Shown here piece by piece: positions 7,095 through 13,958 of a stretch of 13,958 bases of DNA. Below the pieces are notes generated by a model. The model was given only the letters and a program-made list of their open reading frames with translations, ran no database searches and was not told where the DNA came from. Position 1 is the stretch's first letter, and every line of letters starts with the position of its first letter. The DNA is taken from NCBI GenBank assembly GCA_018238625.1, contig JABCSY010000106.1:1-13958 (forward strand), written 5' to 3'. A program made the translations under genes and the position numbers. The stretch is from Promethearchaeota archaeon. Lineage in GTDB: Archaea > Asgardarchaeota > Lokiarchaeia > Sigyniarchaeales > SOKP01.

Positions 7095-8630
7095 ATGAGT
7101 AAAAAAGTAATTTTTGTGGGCCCATCTGGAGCCGGGAAGACAACGCTACGAAAAATCTTTTTTGAAGGCGAGAATTCTTCAAAATTATTAGAATATGCCT
7201 TAGAACCCACATTTGGGGAAGAATCGCTAATATTACGATTACCCAAGTTAAGTGAAGATGTTGGGATATTCGATTTAGCAGGGCAAGAAAATGAGAGATG
7301 GCTTGAAACTGAAGAGAGATCAATTTTCAATAATACTAAAGTAATTTTAGTCATAATTGATGTAACTGCAAGTCTTGATTTCATTCTTGACTTTATAAAA
7401 AAAGTTTTAGAAGTTCGAAGCTCAGCAACCCCTGATTCGTTTATTTATGTTTTGCTTCATAAAATAGATTTAGTTGGTCAAAAAAAAATTAGAGATATAA
7501 AAGCGGGAATAAAAGGTGCTTATTCTGAAGTAAAATCAATAAAGTTCCTATTTACAAGTTTAAAAAAGCAATATATTACTCAAACTTTTTCTTACTTTAT
7601 TGATATTATGAAAAAATGCTTAGATGATGTTATTCCTGAAGACGGTTTAATGTTTAATGTAATTGACGAATCAATTAAAATCGTAAGTATCATTGATACA
7701 GAAGTTTCAATTTCTAAAAAAGAAATTCAAGAAAAGTTAAATCGCCCAGAAAAATTAATCGATTACTTACTTGAAAGTTTAGTAAATAAGGATCATGTTG
7801 AAATAACATATGTAAAAAGTCAAGAAATCCTTAGTTTAACAGAAAAAGGTAAAGATTATTTTAAAGATATTTTAAAACCGTTGTCTACGGGATATCTTAA
7901 AGAATCTGAAAAAGGGACTACTATCTTAGAACCTCCTTACGAAGAAAAGATTCCCTCGTTTATCGGAGCTTTTATAGCCGATAAGGATGGGAGGACATTA
8001 CTGTCGATCGAATTGTTTGAAAACGCACTTGAAAAGTTTATAGGTAGCATTCCAAACAATGAAGATACTATTCCGATTGATCTTGATCTAATTCCGATGT
8101 TTATTAGTGCCTTAGAAAAATTTTCTTTAGAATTGAATATTAAAGATTTAAGTGGTTTTAGTCTGAAAGGAAGCAACTTAAAAATGAATATTTTTGGTTA
8201 CGAGGATTTTACTGTTACATTTTTTATGAATCCTGATATAAACATAGACCCAGTCCAAAATAAAATATATAACTATTTTAAAAATATTTTTGAAGAATAT
8301 GAAAAAGATTTTGAAAATGCGCTTACTTCAGGGCAAATAGACGGCCTTTTCCCCGTAATTGATCAAGGAAGAAAATGGTTAGAAGAACTAAATCAATCGT
8401 ACGAAGAAATGATAATTAACTTGGAAATTTTCGATACGGAACATGCAAAAATTCTGTACAGTAAAATGGATGAGTTGTATAAAAGAGTAAACATTAAATT
8501 TTCGATGACTCTTGAAAAAATTAAAAAATTAAAAGTGAATCTAATGAAAGCAATAATCGAAAACGATGTAGAAGAGCTCAAAAAGATCGCAGAATCAACA
8601 AAAAATTTAAGCGCAAATTATACTATTTAA
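7095..8630 (+). CDS. Rag/Gtr-like small GTPase fused to a winged helix, a longin/roadblock-like domain and a helical tail
   Basis: G1 GPSGAGKTT, G2 LEPTFG, G3 DLAGQ, G4 HKID and G5 TSL. aa ~190-260 look like a wHTH (SKKEIQEKL...IDYLLESLVNKDHV...LSLTEKGKDYF). aa ~288-410 (FIGAFIADKDGRTLL...LIPMFISALEKFSLEL) look like a longin/roadblock fold. It starts 4 nt after the previous stop. Confidence 0.85.
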   Translation: MSKKVIFVGPSGAGKTTLRKIFFEGENSSKLLEYALEPTFGEESLILRLPKLSEDVGIFDLAGQENERWLETEERSIFNNTKVILVIIDVTASLDFILDFIKKVLEVRSSATPDSFIYVLLHKIDLVGQKKIRDIKAGIKGAYSEVKSIKFLFTSLKKQYITQTFSYFIDIMKKCLDDVIPEDGLMFNVIDESIKIVSIIDTEVSISKKEIQEKLNRPEKLIDYLLESLVNKDHVEITYVKSQEILSLTEKGKDYFKDILKPLSTGYLKESEKGTTILEPPYEEKIPSFIGAFIADKDGRTLLSIELFENALEKFIGSIPNNEDTIPIDLDLIPMFISALEKFSLELNIKDLSGFSLKGSNLKMNIFGYEDFTVTFFMNPDINIDPVQNKIYNYFKNIFEEYEKDFENALTSGQIDGLFPVIDQGRKWLEELNQSYEEMIINLEIFDTEHAKILYSKMDELYKRVNIKFSMTLEKIKKLKVNLMKAIIENDVEELKKIAESTKNLSANYTI

Positions 8631-8635
8631 ACAAA

Positions 8636-10783
8636 TTAATTGTTCTCTAATTTTGCTTTATTCTCTAATTCTTTTGGAATGTTAAACGTAAACGTTGACC
8701 CTACTCCTAAAACGCTAAAAAAACTAATTTCCCCTCCATGCAGTTCTATTAGGCGTTTCGTTAAGGATAAACCTAAACCAGTGCCTGGTACAGAACGTAC
8801 ATAAGTAGACTCCACTCTTTGAAATTCCTTAAAGATTAACGGGAAATCTTTATTAGCAATTCCAATACCCGTGTCTCTTACCTTAAAAATCCAATTATAG
8901 TAATCCCCTTTAATTACTAAAGTTATTTTTCCATCTATGGTGAATTTTATTGCATTACTTAAGAGATTTATTAAGACCTCCTTAAATCTAATAGGATCAG
9001 CATAAATGAATTCTTCTTCTTCTAATCCTTTCACTTCCAAATCGAGATTTTTTTTAGAATAAAGAGGTTTTAGGTTTGATTTGATTTGCTCAACCATCGA
9101 ATTTAACGAGAACTTTTGAATATTAAGGTTTAATTGTCCAGATTCAATTTTAGAGATATTTAAAATGTGTTTGATCATGTCAAATTGGTGTTCTGCAGAG
9201 TCTTTAATATCTGCGATAAATTCGTTTTGTTCTTTATTTAATTCTCCATAAACACCCTCTAATAAAAGGTCGGCAAAACCGATAATTGCGTTTAAGGGCG
9301 TTCTTAATTCGTGAGACATCGTTCCCATAAATTCGGTTTTAAATTGAGACGATTTTGCAATTTGATCCAAAAACAATTTTTGCTGCTCAAGAGCCATATT
9401 CAACTCTTTTGTTCTTTTTTGAACTTCGATCTCCAATTCTTCTTTAAATTTTTCTTTTAAAAGTTCTCCATTTTTCTTTTCTGTAATATCTTGGAAAAGA
9501 AATTGTATCAAGGTTTTATTATTATGTTTGATTATCGATGCTTGGAGGGTTACCCAAATATGTATTCCATCTTTTACTTTAACTTGAATTTCAATTGGCT
9601 CGGGAAAATCTTTTTTAAAAGACGCTTGAAAAATTAATTTAAAAAACCCCTTGATTTCCTCTGGAAATACTTCTGCTAAATCGTTGATAGATTTACCGAT
9701 AAAATATTTTTTATCATATCCAAAGACTCTTTTAGTCGTTGAATTGGAATCGATAACCATTCCCTTAAAATCAATTAATATTATCGCATTGGGTGAATTT
9801 TCAAACAAATTCTTATATCTCTCTTCAGCAAACTTGCGATCGGTAATATCTCTTGAAACTATTAATCTTTTTAATTCTCCGTCTTTATTACGAAATGCCT
9901 GTCCTCTACATTCAAAACTTATCCAACGACCTTCTTTATGTTTAAACCTTAATTCGACAGGCGATATTCCTGTTTTAAAGCTTGTTTTCAGAGCTTCAAT
10001 TGCTCTTTCAGTATCTTCTGGATGTACAAAATCCAAACATGATCTTCCAATTATTTCTTCTTTTAAATAACCTAATAATTTTAAAGCAGTTATGTCGTTG
10101 ATATATTCAAATTTAAATTTAGAATCAACTATTGAGATCAAATCGTTTATATTTTCAATAATTAATCTATATTTTTCCTCCGAATCTATCAACAATTGCT
10201 CTGTAACATCTCGTTCAAGAGCATTTCCTATGATTTGTGAAGAAATTCGTAATAACGAAAAGTCTTCTGTTTTCCATTCCCTCGTATTTTCAACGTTATC
10301 GAAGCCAATAAATCCTGCCAAAACTCCTTTAACATATAAGGGGTATGTAATAACAGATTTTGTATTTTGTATTTTTAGCAATTCTTTCGTTGATTTAGCT
10401 TCTTCAGGTAACTCAGAAACATCGTTAATGTGAATTATATTTCCACTTTTAAGTTGTTCCATCCCCCAAGGAAGCGTCGCAAATTTTAAATCCTGAAAAA
10501 TATGGATTTGCGAAGATACGCCTTCAGCACACCATTCATGAGTGTTATTCATAATTTTCTTTTCTTCGTTAAAAAGAAAAAGATAAACACGACTTGCACC
10601 ACTTACAATGCCCATATCACGCAGCGACGCGTTAATATCCTCGTCTAAATCTAAATTAACAAGGAATCTAGACGAAATTGTTGAAATTAGTGTCTCTAAA
10701 TCAGACCAATTTTTAATCGTTTTTTCAACTTGTTTAATTTTCGCCATATTTTCTTCCAAAATTTCTTTTTCGTTACATATCAT
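8636..10783 (-). CDS. Soluble sensor histidine kinase, GAF-PAS-PAS-HisKA-HATPase
   Basis: GAF (RVYLFLF...NTHEWCAEG...GFIGFD) and two PAS domains (VHPED...RDITDRK; QDITEKK). H-box MSHELRTPLNAIIGF with the His codon at 9311-9313, N box NLLSNAIKFT, G1 DTGIGI, G2 GTGLGL. No TM segment. An alternative ATG lies at 10747. Confidence 0.96.
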   Translation of the reverse strand: MICNEKEILEENMAKIKQVEKTIKNWSDLETLISTISSRFLVNLDLDEDINASLRDMGIVSGASRVYLFLFNEEKKIMNNTHEWCAEGVSSQIHIFQDLKFATLPWGMEQLKSGNIIHINDVSELPEEAKSTKELLKIQNTKSVITYPLYVKGVLAGFIGFDNVENTREWKTEDFSLLRISSQIIGNALERDVTEQLLIDSEEKYRLIIENINDLISIVDSKFKFEYINDITALKLLGYLKEEIIGRSCLDFVHPEDTERAIEALKTSFKTGISPVELRFKHKEGRWISFECRGQAFRNKDGELKRLIVSRDITDRKFAEERYKNLFENSPNAIILIDFKGMVIDSNSTTKRVFGYDKKYFIGKSINDLAEVFPEEIKGFFKLIFQASFKKDFPEPIEIQVKVKDGIHIWVTLQASIIKHNNKTLIQFLFQDITEKKNGELLKEKFKEELEIEVQKRTKELNMALEQQKLFLDQIAKSSQFKTEFMGTMSHELRTPLNAIIGFADLLLEGVYGELNKEQNEFIADIKDSAEHQFDMIKHILNISKIESGQLNLNIQKFSLNSMVEQIKSNLKPLYSKKNLDLEVKGLEEEEFIYADPIRFKEVLINLLSNAIKFTIDGKITLVIKGDYYNWIFKVRDTGIGIANKDFPLIFKEFQRVESTYVRSVPGTGLGLSLTKRLIELHGGEISFFSVLGVGSTFTFNIPKELENKAKLENN

Positions 10784-10795
10784 AATTTAAATGGT

Positions 10796-12829
10796 TTATA
10801 ATTTACTCAAAAAGGATTCTACTTTTTTTTCTCCGCTAACTTTATTTTTCAAATTTTTAGGGATTGTAAAAGTAAAAGTTGTACCTTTTCCTAATTCACT
10901 AGTAAATAAGATATTTCCTCCATGTAGGTTAACTAATCTCTTAGTTAAAGCTAATCCTAACCCTGATCCTAGTATAGAATCGACGTAAGCAGACTTGACT
11001 CTCTTAAAATCTTTAAATATTATACTAAAATCCTTTTCTGCGATTCCTATGCCTGTATCTTTTACAATGAAGCCCCATGTATCTTTATTATCCCTAAATT
11101 CAAAAGTTACCTTTCCTTTCTCAGTGAACTTAATAGCATTACTTAGTAGATTATAAATTATCTGTTTAAATTTTATCCTGTCTGCAAATATTAATTGCTC
11201 TTTTTTTAAGCCCTTTTTTTTAATAATTAATCCTTTTTCATTGTATAATGGCATAAATGTTGAGATTACATGATTAACCAGGTTATTTAAATTTATTTCT
11301 TCAACTGTTAAAATAACCTTACCCGCTTCAATTTTTGAGATATCTAAAATGTCAGTTATCATTTCTAAAAGATGGTTAGAAGATTCATCAATATCTTTTA
11401 CGAATTCTTTCTGTTCTTCGTTTAATTTACCAAAAGCACTTTCTGAAAGCAAATCTGTAAAACCAATAATTGCGTTCAAAGGGGTTCTCAATTCATGGGA
11501 CATAGTTGCCATAAATTCAGTTTTAAATCGAGAGGATTTTTCGATCTGATCCAAATATAACTTTTGTTTCTCTAAAACTTCCATTATGTCTTTCGTTCTA
11601 GATTGTACTTCTTCTTCTAACCGTTCAGTGAATAATCTTTTTAAACTTTCTCCCTTTTTTCGCTCTGTAATATCTATTGACGTTCCAATAATTCCTATAA
11701 CATCCCTATTTACATCAATAAGAGGAATTTTACTGGTTAATGCCCATCTCAAACCATCCTTAGTTTTCCATGGCTCTTCATAGTTTATTTTAGGTTTTCC
11801 ACTGTTAATTACTTCTAAATCGTCGTTCCAATATGCTTGTGCCTGTTCTTTAGAATAAAGCTCAAAAAGGCTTTTGCCGACTAACTCTTCTTTTTTCATA
11901 TTATGGGCATCAGCAATATATTTATTTACACGAATAAATTTATTTTTAGTATCCTTATAAAATATTAATGCTGGGATATTGTCCAGAATTAATTCTAACT
12001 CTTTGCTCAGATTTTTGTATTTCTTTTCAGATTCTTTTAATTGCTGTTCTGCTATTTTACGGCTTGTAATATCTCGAGAGACTGCAATAATAGCGGGCTC
12101 ATTTTGATAAAGACTTTGCTTGTCATATATTTCTACTGGAATCCTTTTACCACTTTTTGTTACATGCACAGTTTCGATAATATCTTTTTTTATCCATATT
12201 TTTTCATCAATTAATTGAGGATTTTCAACAATCAACTCTGGTGCAATAATATCACGTACATGCATTTGTAAAAATTCTCTTCTCTCATAACCTAATCGTT
12301 TGCATGCTGTGGCATTGACATCTATAAAATTACCGTCTAAATCAAGAATATATATTGCGTCGTTAATATTATTAAATAAAGTCAGTAATTTTTCTTCAGA
12401 ATCTCTTAGTTTTTGTTCTATTTTTTTCCGTTTTGTAATATCTCTTATGATTCCTATCGCATTCCATTCGCCTTTTACTCGAACTGCTGAAAGAGATAGT
12501 TCTACTGGAAATTCTGCACCATCTTTTCTTATTCCTTCTAATTCAAGTATTTTATTAATAGCAGCACCTTGACCAGACTTTTTGAATTTAGAAAAACCTA
12601 TTTTATGAGCTTTCTGATAACGCTCAGGAGCAATGAGGGAATGAAAATTCTTGCCTAACACCTCTTTTTCAGTATACCCAAATAATCTCCCTGCAGATTT
12701 ATTCCAATAAGTAATTAAACCATCGCTATTCATTTGAATTATTGCATCTTGAGCATACTGGCTCAATAATGTTAATTCTTCTTCTATTTTCTTCTGCTCT
12801 TTAATGTTTGTTGATGAAACAGTTTTCAC
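10796..12829 (-). CDS. Soluble sensor histidine kinase, PAS-PAS-PAS-HisKA-HATPase; the first PAS is FixL-like
   Basis: Three PAS/PAC units end in RDITKRK, RDITSRK and IDITERK. H-box MSHELRTPLNAIIGF with the His codon at 11495-11497, then NLLSNAIKFT, DTGIGI and GSGLGL. GTG start with AGAGGA at 12838-12843. No TM segment. Confidence 0.96.
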   Translation of the reverse strand: MKTVSSTNIKEQKKIEEELTLLSQYAQDAIIQMNSDGLITYWNKSAGRLFGYTEKEVLGKNFHSLIAPERYQKAHKIGFSKFKKSGQGAAINKILELEGIRKDGAEFPVELSLSAVRVKGEWNAIGIIRDITKRKKIEQKLRDSEEKLLTLFNNINDAIYILDLDGNFIDVNATACKRLGYERREFLQMHVRDIIAPELIVENPQLIDEKIWIKKDIIETVHVTKSGKRIPVEIYDKQSLYQNEPAIIAVSRDITSRKIAEQQLKESEKKYKNLSKELELILDNIPALIFYKDTKNKFIRVNKYIADAHNMKKEELVGKSLFELYSKEQAQAYWNDDLEVINSGKPKINYEEPWKTKDGLRWALTSKIPLIDVNRDVIGIIGTSIDITERKKGESLKRLFTERLEEEVQSRTKDIMEVLEKQKLYLDQIEKSSRFKTEFMATMSHELRTPLNAIIGFTDLLSESAFGKLNEEQKEFVKDIDESSNHLLEMITDILDISKIEAGKVILTVEEINLNNLVNHVISTFMPLYNEKGLIIKKKGLKKEQLIFADRIKFKQIIYNLLSNAIKFTEKGKVTFEFRDNKDTWGFIVKDTGIGIAEKDFSIIFKDFKRVKSAYVDSILGSGLGLALTKRLVNLHGGNILFTSELGKGTTFTFTIPKNLKNKVSGEKKVESFLSKL

Positions 12830-12877
12830 TTATTAATTCCTCTTTAAACCTTGTTTTCCTTAAAATTTTGACATAAA

Positions 12878-13759
12878 TTACCCATTCTGTTTATTCAGAT
12901 ATAAAAAAATATGGAAAAGTTCAATGTTTTTATTCTCTTTGCTCTCTTCAGTATTTAGCTGCTCTTTTTCCCAACCAACTTTAAAATAATAAGCTTGATT
13001 TGTTAATTTAAAAAATTTGAAGTTGTCGAAGTTATTTATAAGTCCTAAATGCTCAAGTCTTTGCATATGAAGGTGAGCTTTTTCTAAATCTAAATCAAAT
13101 TTATCTACTAAATAATCTGAGTTATATTTTGAAGTGTGATCAGTCTGTAAAATAATTGAAAGTTCTTTCTTTAAGAATAAAATTTCTTGTTTGCTAATTG
13201 GAATTAAATCACGATGAATTATCGAATTTAAAACGTTTAAAATGATGTTATAAGTGTCATAAAAGAAATCCTTTCCGATTGATGTTTTAAATATTTCAAA
13301 ATCTCCTCCTCTTGGATGCTGAATAGTGATAAACTTTTTTATTGCTTTAATTTTTTGATCAACATATGAGAGGCTTACGAGATCTATTTTGTGCAAAAAG
13401 GCTATTATTTTACATGAGTGTAGATTGAGTTCCTTTATTATTTGATAAATATTCACTAAAAACCTTATTATTGATTCTGTAGAATTCATGATATCAAAAA
13501 TGCAAATAATAATGCTACTTTCGTTAAAAACTTCCTTACCACTCTTAGAAAACCAAATATTGTTTTCTTGCCCTGCTAAATCAAAAATTCCTAAGTTAGA
13601 ATTAAATAAAGAATATATACTTGAATTTACCCCTCTTGAAGGAAGTAATGGATTCTCTAAAAGCGTTAATGGATCACTTTTATCAAAATAGATTTCCTTT
13701 ATTGTAGTTTTACCAACACCAGGAGGCCCTACAAACATTACTTTTTTATCGCTAATCAT
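12878..13759 (-). CDS. Rag/Gtr-like small GTPase with a C-terminal winged helix
   Basis: G1 GPPGVGKTT, G2 LLPSRG, G3 DLAGQ, G4 HKID and G5 TSI. aa ~195-262 look like a wHTH (LVDKFDLDLEKAHLHMQRLEHLGLI...FKLTNQAYYF). Confidence 0.87.
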   Translation of the reverse strand: MISDKKVMFVGPPGVGKTTIKEIYFDKSDPLTLLENPLLPSRGVNSSIYSLFNSNLGIFDLAGQENNIWFSKSGKEVFNESSIIICIFDIMNSTESIIRFLVNIYQIIKELNLHSCKIIAFLHKIDLVSLSYVDQKIKAIKKFITIQHPRGGDFEIFKTSIGKDFFYDTYNIILNVLNSIIHRDLIPISKQEILFLKKELSIILQTDHTSKYNSDYLVDKFDLDLEKAHLHMQRLEHLGLINNFDNFKFFKLTNQAYYFKVGWEKEQLNTEESKENKNIELFHIFLYLNKQNG

Positions 13760-13780
13760 ATCATCCCTTTTACATTACTT

Positions 13781-13957
13781 TTAATTAATTGTTGACGCTT
13801 TTGGTTTTTCAAGAGCTTCAATTATTTCTTTACATGAATCTAACATCATTTCAATGTAATTCATTAAATCCTGTTCAGAAACCTTTCCACTTCTTTTTTG
13901 CTCTTGAATTAATTCACAAAAACCTTGAATGGTATTAACTCCACTTCGTATTTGCAT
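13781..13957 (-). CDS. Degenerate HisKA/DHp-like protein, probably the 3' part of a gene running off the window edge (not in the ORF track)
   Basis: Manual translation gives MQIRSGVNTIQGFCELIQEQKRSGKVSEQDLMNYIEMMLDSCKEIIEALEKPKASTIN*. It aligns with HELRTPLNAIIGFxDLL...EQxEF..DI.DS..H...MI of the adjacent kinases and stops before any HATPase domain. Confidence 0.7.
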   Translation of the reverse strand: MQIRSGVNTIQGFCELIQEQKRSGKVSEQDLMNYIEMMLDSCKEIIEALEKPKASTIN

Positions 13958-13958
13958 G

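Noticed and set aside
6072-8581. Short ORFs 6072-6281, 6216-6446, 7066-7323, 7079-7384, 7937-8176 and 8393-8581
   Set aside because: They are out-of-frame or antisense overlaps of the two GTPase genes with no independent support.
9651-13691. Plus-strand ORFs within the kinase and GTPase genes
   Set aside because: They are antisense shadows with no recognisable motifs.
5774-13759. Assigning the GTPases to Rab/Ras, Roc or translation-factor families, or giving gene symbols such as ragA, mglA or divK
   Set aside because: G4 is HKID rather than NKxD, and there are no prenylation motifs or LRR/COR domains. Orthology to named genes cannot be established without a phylogeny.
1-13958. Mobile element, prophage or defence island
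   Set aside because: I saw no transposase, integrase, nuclease, terminal repeats or obvious compositional break.

Overview
AT-rich, gene-dense prokaryotic window that most likely comes from an Asgard archaeon of the Lokiarchaeia type. This is inferred from GGTGA/AGGTG-type ribosome-binding sites and from the co-occurrence of Rag/Gtr-like GTPases with roadblock and longin/uDENN-like domains. The left ~3 kb holds two tandem MFS transporters, an atypical SDR and a 56-aa Cys-rich ORF absent from the ORF track. The remaining ~11 kb (3178-13958) is a continuous signalling cluster. It contains a roadblock/LC7 protein, a uDENN/longin-like coiled-coil protein, a DivK-like stand-alone receiver and three Rag/Gtr-like GTPases: one longin-GTPase-roadblock fusion, one GTPase-winged helix-longin fusion and one GTPase-winged helix fusion. 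It also contains two paralogous soluble PAS/GAF histidine kinases and, at the right edge, a DHp-like helical hairpin with Met in place of the phosphoacceptor His and no ATPase domain. The main hypothesis is a system that couples two-component phosphorelay to eukaryote-like Rag GTPase signalling. All domain calls come from reading motifs by eye, not from database searches. I found no rRNA, tRNA, CRISPR array or mobile element.
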